Counted from the first letter of the stretch, positions 39,666-52,622 are shown. The stretch is 64,000 nt of DNA from Octopus vulgaris (GCA_951406725.2 OX597825.1:85994001-86058000), one strand, 5' to 3'. The notes: generated by a model from the letters alone, not told the origin. Numbers and translations are program-made.

Positions 39666-40914
39666 GTATAAACAAATGACAAATGATTGAGGCCTTCAGC
39701 AACATGCCATGTTTGAGTAGAAGACCCATCAAGGCAAGTGAAATTGTAGATGTGGCAGATATTGGTGTCACACAAATGGCACCCATGCCAGTGACATGTA
39801 AAAGCACCTATTACACTCTTGGAGTGGTTGGCATTAGGAAGGGCATCCAGCCGTAGAAACCATGCCAAATCAGACTAGAGTCTAGTGCAGCCTCTCAGCT
39901 TGGTCAAACCGTCAAACCCATGGACATTAAATGTTGATATCATCATCATCATTATCATTTCATTGTTTTCACATTGACTTTTTCAAATATGCTGCTTGGG
40001 TCTGACCGAATTTGTTGAGGCAGATTTTCCACTGCCAGGTGCCCTTCCTGTTGCCAACCAACAGCTGTTTCTAAATGAGGTAATATTTCCCCATGGCCTG
40101 ACATATTTTCATGCCTGGAAATGAAAAACTCTGCCTCCAAGACAAGAAGACACAAACACACACAATCACATGTATACATAAATACAATACATTCATGACA
40201 TGTAGGAACACCATGTTTTGTTATGCAACCACAATATCTTACAAAGTATACCAAACGTTTTTATGAGTCACTATTGTGCTCTACCTGTGTTAGCAGTGCT
40301 CCTCACATCACTTGTTTCTCTAGAAATTATAGCCAGCACTGATTCTGTTATATTTCATATGCGAGACACCTGATGTCAACTACAACGAGACTGGAGATGA
40401 GGAATGGGTAATGGGTGTATATTACATATCTCAAGAATTTTGGCTCTTTCCTCAACACACATCCAGCCCATTAACCATCCAACCCATTAACCATCCACGA
40501 TACAAATCAAGTCCACTCTGTAAAGTGGTTGGTGCTAGGAAGGACACCCAGCCATAAAAACTGTGCCAAAACAGAGAGTGACGCCCAGTGCAGTCTTGGC
40601 TGGCTCCAGTCAAACTGTCCAACTCATACCAGCATAGAAAACGGATGTTAAACGATGATGATCAGGATGAAAATGATGAAGCTTGTTTTGGTTTCTGTCG
40701 ATCAAAGTTTCGTTTGAGCTGAGTCTGTAGTAGAAGACACTTGGTCAGCAGGATTCAATGTGAAACCATTAAATGAAAACAAACCTTTTGGCCAGAGAGC
40801 ACTTGGCCGTGCTGGTATCATGCAGAGAGAGAATAAGTCATGGTAGGCCATAAAATATTATACAAAGCAATGAGAGAAAATAACAACAAATAAATTGAAG
40901 GGAATTTAAGAGAG

Positions 40915-40920
40915 TTTATT
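40915..40920 (-). terminator. Candidate MTR polyadenylation signal AATAAA
   Basis: AATAAA on the minus strand ~1.3 kb after the stop, followed by a U/GU-rich tract (tttgttgttattttctctc). Confidence 0.5.
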
Positions 40921-42242
40921 CAAAAATATACAACAGACTTTCAGGTTTCATTTAAATATAATCACAGCAGAAAATGTTATTGGTGAGCATCACAGACAAA
41001 GGTTCTAGCAACACTTCCAGGGGACAAGAAAAACATGATCAGGAATATAATATCAAAAGCAACACATGGAATAACTGGACAGGTGTAGAGGAGTAGATAA
41101 ATGAAATGTTGTACTCTGTGATAACTCTGCCAAGTGTGTGTGTGTCTCAATCATTCATTCGAAAATATACGAAAAAGAGGCAGAGTGTGTGTATATGTGT
41201 GGGGGGGGTGAAAGAAAATAAGTGTGAAAAGAAAGAAATAAAAAGAAATTAAAAAATGCAGAGACACCATCTGCATGATAAACAATAGTTAAGTTTATGT
41301 TATCTTTAATTAGAATCCGGTCCCTTTTGAGTGTTGTCGGTCCCTTGTGACACAGCGCAATCTGTTTCATAGTCAGGTCACCAATGACTAAATCAGTGAC
41401 CCTACCAAACCCACTTCGTCCAGCCATAAGTAAAGAGGATGGGTTTCGGGGCCACTCTGTAGGATGAAAAACAAAACCTCTCAAAGGGTAGATAAACTCA
41501 AGAAAGTAAACAGCCATCTGATAGACTCTCGTTTTCTCTCTCTCTCTCACTCTCTCTCTATCTCTCTCTCTCTATCTCTCTCTGCATGCGTTCATGTGTA
41601 AATAATGTTGCATGAAGCAGCTTTCATTACAATATATTCATGTAAAGTCATGTTTAATATATTTGATTGTATTCAGACATGATAAGACCTGTCACTGCGA
41701 GACTAGTCTCAAGAGAAAGTTTGCCACCGAGACTTGAGTAAATACACATTTTTTGAGTGATGTCATTAAATCATAAGACACATGTGTTTCTGTTTCATTC
41801 TGCTTTGTCAGCTATGGAAACTAACACAATCACTCACTGTTATTCGTTATTCATTATTCATATGGTATTAGGCAACTTAAAGCCATGGCAGAAGAAAAAT
41901 GACCAATGTATTACAGAATAGGATTGAACCCGGAACCTTGTGGTCATGAAGTGAGCTACTTACCCACACAGCCATCCCTGCACACACACACACACAGAGA
42001 ACTATATTGGAAATCCCAAATAATGAATAAGAAATGTGAAAGTTGCCTGCTGTGCCTGCCAACACCTCTTCATTGACATTCATAAATATAACGAAGATGT
42101 TTGATTTTAAATACCAGAATCCCTGAGATAAAAATCTTTTGTCGTTAAATAAAATGTAAAAAATAAAACAAAAAGATACATAAAAATATAGAATATATTA
42201 AATTGTATAAAACACAGAGAATAAAGTCTGAGACTGGATGGA

Positions 42243-42329
42243 TCAGGATGAAGCATAGCTTAGAACCGGTTGCAACCATTCCTCTACCTGTTCGATACTG
42301 ACGGATTTTCTTTCTGCATAACTGATTAC
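42243..42329 (-). CDS. MTR: Methionine synthase terminal coding exon (VISYAERKSVSIEQVEEWLQPVLSYASS*)
   Basis: Acceptor ttcctccag|, TGA at 42245-42243. Matches the YAxRK...VExWLxPxLxY C-terminus. Confidence 0.93.
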   Translation of the reverse strand, partial: VISYAERKSVSIEQVEEWLQPVLSYASS

Positions 42330-42834
42330 CTGGAGGAAGAGAGAAACAGAAAAGAGAGTGTGAAGACAGTGGTGGTGGTGGTGGTGATGATGATGGTGAT
42401 GACTATGACAATGATGACAAAATCACAAACACAACACATCTCACTGCTCAGACACACATCCGGACATTTCCCTTTTCTATACACAAAGAGAAACATTTTT
42501 GTCACCAATAAAATTAAAACAGGATTGAATTTACCAAAAATCTGGGGCTTCCCTAAAAAGGATTCCATTGTGATGTTGTGTTGACAGATGATCCAATGGA
42601 TAATAAGATTAAATAATCTAAGCCAAAATTAGGAACAAAAACCATGAAGATTATTAGAAATTGTTTTTAATCCTTTAGTACTCACGTTATCATGAATTAA
42701 TCCTGCATAATCTCTTCGCTTTGAAATTTTGATGATGTGATTGCTTATTTTTAGAATGGCATTACAGGGTAAGTTTGAGAAGCCAGATCTGGTTACTTTT
42801 ATCATAAAACAGGTAGAATATTTGGGCCAGATAT

Positions 42835-43052
42835 CATCATCATCGTTTAACGTCCGCTTTCCATGCTAGCATGGGTTGGACGAATGACTGAGGGCTGGCG
42901 AACCAGATGGCTGCACCAGGTTCCAATCTTGATTTGGCAGAGATTCTACAGCTGGATGCCCTTCCTAATGCCAACCACTCCGAGAGTGTAGTGGGTGCTT
43001 TTACGTGCCACTGGCACGGGGCCAGTCAGGCGGTACTGGCAACGACCTCGCT
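42835..43052 (-). mobile_element. Family C short retroposon with (GAT)n tail
   Basis: Conserved ttaggaagggcatccagctgtagaa...ccaacccatgctagcatggaaagcggacgttaaacgatgatgat. Confidence 0.83.
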
Positions 43053-43308
43053 TGAATCTTTGAATATAGCTGGATTGAATACTGAAGGGTTAATCTTTAA
43101 TCTGATAATCTTCTCCCAAGTGTTGTTCTGTATTGGCTCAACAACACCCTGAATACACCCTGCTCAGCATCACTGATACCCTTTATTGACACTACATGAT
43201 ACATGTACAGATAATGTCAAGATGTGGGGAGCTGTGAGTGTCAGACAACATGACAGGTGTTGGGGATTCATCATTGATTTCACCTGTATACATAAGTAAT
43301 TTACTTAC

Positions 43309-43509
43309 CTGGTCTTTAGCAATTTTGCCTGCAGAAAAGTAGAATGATTTGGGGTGTGAAAAGTAGAGTCCCGAAACGGATGCTGCAGGGTACATGGCAA
43401 GGGATTCGGTCAGTTTGATGCCAATGGAATCAGCTTCTAATAATTTCCACATGGTCAGTTTTTCTGTGTGGTCAGGTTGGCTTGGATAGCCAGGGGCTGG
43501 ACGGACACC
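43309..43509 (-). CDS. MTR: Methionine synthase exon ([17 protein letters not shown]...[21 protein letters not shown]...IAKDQ)
   Basis: Acceptor ctcctag|, donor CAG|GTAAGT, 201 nt, phase 0-0. Contains the AdoMet-binding RPAPGYP motif. Confidence 0.96.
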
Positions 43510-44190
43510 CTAGGAGAGTGATTAAATATAAAAGGTAAATAAGAACAAATACAACAAATATATATAAAAAAAAAGCACATTTAAATATAAGAAACATTTT
43601 CATAACAGCTGATGTGTCTTTTAGTGTAAGAGGGGCAATGGAGGGACCATCTTCAGCAACAGCAGTGGCACTTGTGGTGGTGGTGGTGGAAGGAGGGGAG
43701 GGGAGGTGGAGGAGGAGGAGAGTATCCCAGCCTAGCTCTGACAGAATATACCTGGATAACCAACAGAATAATAAAACTGTTCTACATACCCCTTACACAC
43801 CCAGATTTAACTACTTCAAAGAGAAAGTTCTACTGGTACTCAGATGATGATGATGATGATGATTTTATTTTCCACAGGGGAATCATAAGAGGGAGACATT
43901 ACCTGGACAGTTAACAATTTGTGTGAGAATCTACATAAAAGATGAGGATAAAGAAAAAGAGAGTGAAACGAGATGAAAGTATGGAGAATATGTAAGGAGT
44001 GGGAAGACATGAATGACTGAGTCTTTCTGATACGGGATATCCCCCTACTAGGGCCATTCAGGTAAACACTCAGATCCAGGATCACTCTGATCATAAAGGG
44101 TCCCAGCCCTTGCCAACTGATGTTCTCCAATCTACAGATGCAGGCTTAGACTAAGATCAAACCATGAACAGTGACAGAAGATATAAATAC

Positions 44191-44289
44191 TTGGTATTTT
44201 ATTCTATGGAGGTCTTGGGATTCCATATTCTCGGTATTGAAACCCCAATATTGGCAGCGAACATCTTCATGAAGTTTCTCCGCAAAAGC
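44191..44289 (-). CDS. MTR: Methionine synthase exon (AFAEKLHEDVRCQYWGFNTENMESQDLHRIKYQ)
   Basis: Acceptor tttttcag|, donor CAA|GTATTT, 99 nt, phase 0-0. Confidence 0.92.
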
Positions 44290-44344
44290 CTGAAAAATAA
44301 AGAAAAAAATACATGACTGACGACTGGGGTTAGCTTCATGGATC

Positions 44345-44664
44345 CATTTTCATACACACACATCAACATCAACATCAACATCAAATGGAAATTGTAGTTG
44401 TGACCCCTGTGCAGGTAGCACATAAAAAGCACCATCCGATCGTGGTCGATGTCAGCTTCTCTGGTTCCTGTGCCAGTAGCACGTAATGAGCACCCACTAC
44501 ATTCTCGGAGTGGTTGGCATTAGGAAGGGAATCCAGCTGTAGAAACACTGCCAGATCAGATTGGGGCCTGGTGCAGCCTCCTGGCTTCCCAGACCCCAGT
44601 CAAACCGTCCAACCTTTGCGAGCATGGAAAACGACAGTAAACAATGATGATGATGATGATGATG
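44345..44664 (+). mobile_element. Family C short retroposon
   Basis: Same family as the 42835 copy, opposite orientation, ending in (GAT)n. Confidence 0.83.
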
Positions 44665-44724
44665 ACACACACACACAGTGTAGAGTGAGAGAGAGAGAGA
44701 AAGATGTATACCAATACTAAATAC

Positions 44725-44791
44725 CTCTGCCAACCGATCCGATAGTACTTGTATCATAAGTTTATTGTAATCATCATGATTTTCAGCAAAC
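44725..44791 (-). CDS. MTR: Methionine synthase exon (Q-FAENHDDYNKLMIQVLSDRLAE)
   Basis: Acceptor tttcccag|, donor GAG|GTATTT, 67 nt. Contains the DDY...DRLAE motif. Confidence 0.93.
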
Positions 44792-45077
44792 CTGGGAAAT
44801 GATGGAATATTGGATTAATTAATATTTAATTATCTCATGTTTTTACGAAGAAAATAAATAATGAGTTTCTTAATCAGATGTATCAATCAATGAAAGATTT
44901 GTGATAGTATACTAATTTAAATATGCTAATTGAGGAATGCTAATTAATATGTATATCTTTGATTACGCTAATTACTCTAGCTGGAAAATTTATGAAAATT
45001 AACATTTTATAATTGAATGCAAAATGATGGTTGTGAAATGTAGAATAAAATACAAATTGTAATAAATCAAATTTTCA

Positions 45078-45316
45078 AGTAAAGATTGTTTGCCAACATA
45101 ACATGGCAGTCCTGGTTTAGGACAAATGTTGCTGTAATTTAGCCCCAGGAGACATCGTCTCTAGCTGGCTATACGACACGATATGTGTCCTTATATTTTC
45201 GAACCAGGGAATCCAGCACTCAGCTCAAGACAATATCTGTGTCTCCTGGGTCTAAATTACAGCAACATTCGTCCTAAACCAGGACTCCCTTGTTATGTTG
45301 GCAAACAATCTTTACT
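45078..45316. mobile_element. MITE-like foldback with ~77-bp inverted arms in an MTR intron
   Basis: agtaaagattgtttgccaacataaca...ccaggagaca is mirrored by tgtctcctgg...tgttatgttggcaaacaatctttact. No clear TSD. Confidence 0.8.
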
Positions 45317-45907
45317 CCAAAGTACTGTTGCTGAATATCTCTTGTTGTGAGATTTAAAAATAGTAATTTTCAAATCAAATTTTGTTATTCTTTTAGGAAA
45401 CAACACCAAGTTATATCCTAAAATAAAGGAGTTATCTGTCAGTAGATAGCAAAGTATGGAATGGAGTGAAGTTTGAACTCATGACTGTGTGGTTAGTGGT
45501 GAAATACCTTAACCACACAACCATTGTTTTTCATATCTAATTTTAAATGAATTAATATATTATAGACTTGTTTTTAATTCTCTGTTAAAAGATCCTTTTC
45601 AGCAAAGTGGAGGAAAATGAAATAAAGAACCTTGTCTAAGGACATACCACACCACTCTGGCCATTAATCAAATACAGGACTTTACACTCATAACCCCCAT
45701 ATTTTAATCACTAGGCCACATTTCAGACACCAGGCCACATTTCACACACCAGGCCACATTCTATGCTATACACTTTCACATATCAGGCTACATGCCTTCA
45801 CATACCAGGCCACACATCACACAACTTCACATCTAGGCCCCAAGCTTTCACATATACAATAAAATAATAATGAAAAAGGAGACACAGAACTGCAATTGAT
45901 AACTCAC

Positions 45908-46041
45908 TGGTTGCATAAGGTGTCGGCCCCGATGCCTGCAGTGACGGCAAACAGCCCGATGTGGTCGGTCAGTCCACTCTCGACAGGAGCAACGAAGTCG
46001 GATAAACAATAATGTGAATCTTGGTTCTGGACTTTTTTGGC
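45908..46041 (-). CDS. MTR: Methionine synthase exon (AKKVQNQDSHYCLSDFVAPVESGLTDHIGLFAVTAGIGADTLCN)
   Basis: Acceptor tttttaaag|, donor CA|GTGAGT, 134 nt. Contains CLSDFVAP and GLFAVT motifs. Confidence 0.93.
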
Positions 46042-46267
46042 CTTTAAAAATGAAATGGAAGAAAAAAAATAATGGCAGAGAAAGAATAATTTTTATTCCA
46101 AGGGAAGGAATTGAAGATGGCCTGCGGGTGAACGAGTAGAACTATAAACAAGATAACAGGGGAATATGAATTAATGAGGAAATCTGGGATAAGGAAGGAG
46201 CAAGAAAAAGCCACAAGGAAATCTATTTGCTAGAAATAGCAGACAAATATCCTTCAAATCAAACCCT

Positions 46268-46271
46268 CATC

Positions 46272-46327
<56 letters not shown>

Positions 46328-46440
46328 CATCACCATCATTATCATCATTATCACGATCATCGTCATCATCATCACCATCATCACCATCATCACACCACCA
46401 CCATCATCATCATCATCATCATCATCATCACCATCATCAT
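46268..46440. repeat. (CAT)n/(CAC)n microsatellite
   Basis: Seen directly in the sequence. Confidence 0.95.
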
Positions 46441-48309
46441 ACCTGCAGCCATAGCTTAAAAAAAGGTAAGACATATTCGACAAGGTGGTCCTGGATGGAG
46501 AGTCTTTGAGGAAATTGATAGGGTTCAGTGATTGGCCTGTACAATCATGATTGATAGGGGACTAATCTACAACAGCAACATTTGGTTCTGAAGGAAAGAA
46601 ATTGTTTTCCAAGCAAAATAAACAGAAATAATTGAATAATTGAAAAACAAAAAGGATTGTTTGATTGTTTTCAAGAAAGATTTGCTTTGATCTGTCAAAG
46701 GAATTTGAGGGGAACTTGTTGTTAGGAGAGAGAAAGGTAGACACCTTGGCTCAACACAATAGCATTGTAGTACCTGTTTACAGCCAGGTGGCCTGCTTAT
46801 GAGGAGAGGATATAAACGATTGACTGACCTGTCAGTTTGTGGTCAACTGTTAGACTGACCTTGGTCAGTCTATGGGAGAGAGGGCAGGGGGGACGGGAGA
46901 GGAAGGAGTTTAATTAGGGAAGTTGTGGACCAACATGAGGATGATGATGATGATCATCATGATGCAGGGGAGGGGAGTAGAATGATGATGACTAAGAGAA
47001 TAACAATGACGATTGGTGGTGGTGGTGGTGGTGGTGGTGGTGGTGGCAGCGGCAGCAGCAGGGACAGTAATGATGATGATGATGATGATGATGCCAATGA
47101 AGATGAAGAGGAAGAGGAAAATAAATGAGAAGAGAAAATGATGAAAGCAGGGAGAAGGTGTGGAGAGAAAGAAAGAGAGAGAGAGAGAGAAAGAAAGAAA
47201 GAAAGAAATAAAGAAAGAAAGAAAGAGAGAGAGAGAGAAAAAGAGATGAGATTGTAACAAATTGTTTTTAAAAAGCCGAGCAATTGCTGTTTGTAAAACA
47301 TGTCGTTAAGTGAAGCAGAGCAAATGAAACAATTTAATTAGCAGAAATTATCCCCTGAAACCTCACTTCACATCCCCCGCAGCCATCAACACCCCCCGCT
47401 CCCCTCAGAAGGTAGGAAATTTAGATAAAGTTAATTATCTTTGATAAAATTAGTTTGTTATCGTCATGAAAACATTTTCAAAACAATCATTTATAAAAAT
47501 TATATTTTAAAGACGCAAACAAAATAAAAAAAATATATAAAAGACAGATAAAAAGAGTGAAATATATATTTCTTTGACATTATCGTTTAAATAATAAACT
47601 TTAATTATTTTCATCATTTTCCAGAATTTTATTTTTGTTCATAGTCTTAAAATTTTTTCAAACATTTTTGTTTTGCTTTCATTTCCTCAATAGCTTATTA
47701 ACGTAATTATGAGAGAAGAAATAAAAACCGAAAGTTAAGGTGGAGGCATAACCATAAATAGCTTTTAAAGCCCCACCTTATCCCCTTGCTCCTTTTAATA
47801 CAGAAAGAAACAAGGGCGTAATAAAGGGAACAGTTTTATTGCAAGTTATCAAAATTGGATGGGTTTAGTTTAATGAATGGAAATAAATGCCATTTCATAA
47901 TGTTGATGTTTATATTAAGCATATATAAGTATATACACAAGTTGCACATGCATATATATTATAGGTATGTATATATATATATACATAAATAGATGGGGGT
48001 AGCCGTGTGTTGAAGAAGTTAATTTCACAATCAAATTGTTCTGGGTTCGATTCCACTGTGAGGAACCGTGGTTAACCATTTTAGTCTTGGATTAATAAAT
48101 ACTTTGCAAGTAGAATTTGGTAGAATTTGAAAACTGTACAGAAGATTATAGTGCATGCATATGTATATATATGGAGGCGCAATGGCCCAGTGGTTATGGT
48201 AGTAGACTTGCAGTTGTAGGATCGCAATTTCAATTCCCAGACCAGGCATTGTGAGTGTTTATTGAGAGAAAACACCTAAAGCTCTACGAGGCCCCAGCTT
48301 GGTTGCTTG

Positions 48310-48740
48310 TCATTGCCTTTGTAAAGCCCAACATTCAAAGATCATGCTTCACCACCTCATCCCACATCTTCCTGGGTTTACCTCTTCTACAGGTTCCTTC
48401 CATTGTTAGGGTGTGACACTTCCTCTCACAACTGTCCTCATCCATATGTATCATGTGACCATACCAGTGCAGTCGTCTCTCTTGCACACCACATCTGACG
48501 CTTCTTATGCCCAACTTTTCTCTCAGGGCACTCACACTCTGTCACGTATGCACACTGACATTACGCATCCAGCAGAGCACACTAGCTTCATTTCTTTCAA
48601 GTCTACACATGTCCTCACCAGTCATAGTCCATGTTTCACTGCCATGTAGCATGGCAGTTAGCACACATGCATCATACGGTCTACCTTTCCCTCTGAGCGA
48701 GAGGCCCTTTGTTACCAGTAGAGTTAGGAGCTTTTTTACG
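48310..48740 (-). mobile_element. RTE-clade LINE 3' relic
   Basis: Translations YDACVLTAMLHGSETW...RLERNEASVLCWM and RRLHWYGHMIHM...GTCRRGKPRKMW match the RTE C-terminus (YGSETW, RLRWYGHV.R, RGRP). Confidence 0.88.
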
Positions 48741-48841
48741 AGGGGCCAGCATGAGTGCTCTTTATGTGGCACTAGTGGAAGTGCTCCTCACATGGCACTG
48801 GCACTTAAACACACATACGTCAACCCACCCATGCCACTCAC

Positions 48842-49023
48842 CTGTTGTCTTAAGCCATAAAAGACTGCAATAACTTTTCTGTTCTCATCATAAATTTCAA
48901 TATCGTCCCCATTGGAATTGGCACGGTAAAAGCCAAAAACACCATTCGCTTTCAAAGACTTTTCTTCAATGATTTTCTTCAGCAATTCTTGAGCATCGTC
49001 AAATAATTTCTTGGCCATTGTTC
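48842..49023 (-). CDS. MTR: Methionine synthase exon (TMAKKLFDDAQ...FYGLRQQ)
   Basis: Acceptor atcatcag|, donor CAG|GTGAGT, 182 nt. Contains the GLRQQ motif. Confidence 0.94.
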
Positions 49024-49624
49024 CTGATGATAACAACATAATTATAAACATTACTTGTTGTTCATTAACAATAAAGAATTAAAGCAGGTGGGGGGGGGGA
49101 TGTATAACGAGATTATGATTAATAAATTATCATGATGGTAATTTTTTCCTACTTAGTAAACATTTTAATGTTCATATCATCATCATCACTATCATCATTA
49201 TCATCCTCATTTAAAGTCCGTTGTCCATGGGTTGGATGGCTTGACTGTGCTGGCATGCTGGAAGGCCATGCCAGGTTCCTGTCTGATTTGGCATGGTTTT
49301 CTATGGTTGGATGCCCTTCCTAATGCCAACCACTCTGAGAGTATAATGAGTGCTTTTACATGGGTGACATTTGCGTGACACCAGTATCTGCCACGCCATT
49401 TTGCTCAGCTTGATGGGTCTTCTTCTCAAGCACGCCATAATGCCAAAGGTCTTGGTTACTGCCTCCATGAGGACCAACACTCGAAAGGGGCTTGGCCACT
49501 TTGCTTCCATGAGGCCTGCTCGAAAGGAATCTGTTTCAGATTTGATGGTCATGCCCGGAATATCTTTAATTAGCTAAATCAACACTGAATTGGACATAAG
49601 CAACAAAAACAACAATACACACAC

Positions 49625-49663
<39 letters not shown>

Positions 49664-50440
49664 CGACAGGCTTCTTTCAGTTTCCATCTGCCAAAGCCAC
49701 TCACAAGTCTTGGGTCAGCCCTAAGCTATAGAGGAAGACATTTGTCCAAGGTTTCACACATATAACTGGACCCGGAACCACACAGCTACACCTGCACCTG
49801 CTCTATCGTCTTTTTGAGGACATGTATAGCTCAGATATCATAGCCATACATACAGCATGAATGAGAAACCAACAGGTAACAGTCATTGTTGGTTAGTCTT
49901 TTATGATGGGTTGCTCAATCAAGACTGACCCGGGGCTAAACAACAACTGCAATGATTTCAAAACAGTTTGCAAACTCAGAATGGAAAGACGGACGAAACG
50001 CCACTAAGCATTTTGCCCGGCAGTGTGCTAACGATTCTGTCAGATTGGCACCTTAACGAAGTAGTTAATAATAACGAAGAAAGTTGCTAATTAATGAAAA
50101 ATTATGGGAGAGCTGAAGAAATCTCAAGAAAATGTCAGCATGGAGGAGCGGAGGTCTTTGATGGAGGGAGTCAGTGTTGAACGAGAGAGAAGGTCATTAA
50201 TCACTTAATTATCTCATTAGTTAGCTCGTTAATCATATTATCAGTCTGTATCAATAGAGAAAGTCAACAAAATGGTAATTATCTCTTTAATCACTAAATT
50301 GACTGCTTTCCTCACTTTCCTGTAAAACACACACATCCCAAAACATACACACACATTAATTGCACATCATCCTCACATCAGACACACACCTACACAAAAC
50401 TTGCATGTATATATATGTATATACATATATATATATATAT

Positions 50441-50510
50441 GGTGGTGGTGGTGGTGGTGGTGGTGGTGGTGGTGGTGGTGGTGGTGGTGGTGGTGGTGGT
50501 GGTGGTGGTG
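50441..50510. repeat. (GGT)n microsatellite
   Basis: Seen directly in the sequence. Confidence 0.95.
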
Positions 50511-50519
50511 ATGTATGTC

Positions 50520-50915
50520 TTTTATTTTTTGCTTGTTTCAGTCATTAGACTGCGACCATGCTGGGGCACTGCCTTGAAGAACTTTTAATCAAATGAATTG
50601 AGTTCAGGACTTTGGTTTTCAAGCCTGGTATTTATTCTCTCAGTCTCTTTTGCCAAACGGCTAAGTTATGGGGACATAAACACACCAACACAGGTTGCCA
50701 AGTAGTGAGGTGAGGGGACAAACACAGACAGAAAGACAAACATACACACACATGCTTACACATGCATGCACACACATACAATGGGCTTCTTTCAGTTTCC
50801 ATCTACCAGATCCACTCACAAGGCTGTAGTAGAAGACAGTTGCCCAAGGTGCCACGCAGTGGGACTGAACCCAGAACCATAGGGCTGGGAAGCAAGCCTC
50901 TTACCACACAGCCAC
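50520..50915 (-). mobile_element. SINE family B copy in an MTR intron
   Basis: Reverse complement of the 29854 element. Confidence 0.8.
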
Positions 50916-51582
50916 GGATGAATATAAGTAGAACATGGGTTGTTAGAGTTTGGTTTTTGGTACCCTCAGGAGTAAGAGGGTCGGGAGAGGAAGGGAGAAG
51001 GAGAGCAGGATGGGGGAGGGGCATTATGATGATACCATGAGTTACAACACACTACATAATATTTAGGGTGCATTAAAGGGTACCAAAGGGATCCAGGCCA
51101 GACAACCAGTTGTTGTTTATAACAGTACTTGATTCTGTTCATAGATAAGCTTTTACAAAACATTAATCCACATAGGTGTAAGGGGTACCTCAGTAGGGTA
51201 CAGTTCATTCTGCTATATCCTTGTTGGAGACACTTAATTATCAACAGCCCCATCCACCTAGCCCTGAGCAAGACTTCACACGTCTATATTGTTCACAGCA
51301 CTCTGTCCATGGTCAGCAGAAGTCAGTAGCCCAGTCAGTGCAGTTGTAAATAGGGACCACAGTATGGTAGAGGGCACCACTGTACTATGTTCATAATCTG
51401 AAGGAGAACATGTTGAGGGAATGAAAGAAGATCTGTTTGTGTCAGTTGGTTTGTATATATGATGTGTGTGCGTGTGTGTGTGTGTGCATGTGTGTGTGTG
51501 TGTGTGTGTGTATGTGTAATACACATTTATGTGTGTGTACATGACCCTTGTTTATGATAACAGATGAAGGACAAATACTCAC

Positions 51583-51738
51583 CAACTGAGGCGTCATTAA
51601 AGATTTTCGGGTACCCACGGTTTGGGTACTTTCCTTTCAGCTGCCAAACATCAAAGAATGGTTTCCAGTCAATGAACGGCATTAATTCTTCCAAACTGCA
51701 GTCAACAATTTTCTTTGTTCCAAAGAATGTAGGGGGAG
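51583..51738 (-). CDS. MTR: Methionine synthase exon (PPTFFGTK...[30 protein letters not shown]), start of AdoMet reactivation domain
   Basis: Acceptor ctctttgcag|, donor G|GTGAGT, 156 nt. Contains the [12 protein letters not shown] motif. Confidence 0.95.
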
Positions 51739-52282
51739 CTGCAAAGAGGGAAAAGGGACCAGTGAGGAATAAATTTCATATTTCATTAACCCTTTCAAAT
51801 TAAGGGTTAACCCCTTAATTCAAATGTTTTGAAAGCTGTTGTTGTTGTTATTTAACCAAAGGTGAGAAGTTGTCTAGACCCAATAGATCAATTATCAATG
51901 AGTTTTATAGCCATGACCACCTCATCAGAGCTAGAGCACCTAATGGGAACTTTTTCTGTTTTAAAACAGTAGGCTGTGCATTTGGGGTAAAATCCGAATT
52001 TTGATGGTACCATGAGTTCATAACCAAACTCCACCCTCACATTTCCTATTTCCACTTCTCCAGTATACAAAATATTTCCTAAAATTCCATCTAATTTCTC
52101 TTATATAAATCTAGAGATAAATCTGGGGTTTAACTTAATAATGTCACACCTTATACCAGTTATATATTGGGGTATAATCTAATCCTCTTACACCTTATTC
52201 ATACAAATAAAGTCTCTTTAAGTCTTGTCTCAAAGAAATCAATAAATTATTTGATATTCAGAAGATAAATAACAATTCTTAC

Positions 52283-52358
52283 GTGCCGGAGGGTGCGAAG
52301 ACCAATCTATTTGGAACTTTTTCTCTTGTGCTGCCTTCAAACTCAGATAAACACGATT
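52283..52358 (-). CDS. MTR: Methionine synthase exon (NRVYLSLKAAQEKKFQIDWSSHPPA)
   Basis: Acceptor ttttcag|, donor C|GTAAGA, 76 nt, phases 0/1. Confidence 0.9.
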
Positions 52359-52442
52359 CTGAAAATATATGTAGGTTGGTATGAGTACAGTGTATGCTTA
52401 TGTATTTTGTGCGTATGTGTGTCTTACACACACACACACACA

Positions 52443-52622
52443 TAGTGAGAATTTACAAAAATAACAAAAGACGAAGATGGGTGTGTAAACAACAAACAGA
52501 TGTATTAGTTTAACGCTCGGGAAGTGAGAAAGTCTTTTACGTTTCGAGCCTACGCTCTTCGACAGAAAGGAACACAGAAATAAACAGGGAGAGAAAACAG
52601 AAAAAGGTTTTGTGGCTAGCGA
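52443..52622 (-). mobile_element. Penelope pLTR-like repeat with minimal hammerhead-like motif (related copies ~20855-21023 + and ~10600-10760 +)
   Basis: Minus strand reads CTTT-CTGTCGA-A-GAGC gtag GCTC-GAAACGTA-AAAG. It continues into a tail (cgttaaactaatacatctgtttgttg...cttcgtctttt) shared with the 20.9-kb copy. Confidence 0.6.

Noticed and set aside
50966-51340. Coding-like ORFs in an MTR intron
   Set aside because: Probably a decayed TE fragment, but I could not identify a motif to support any call.
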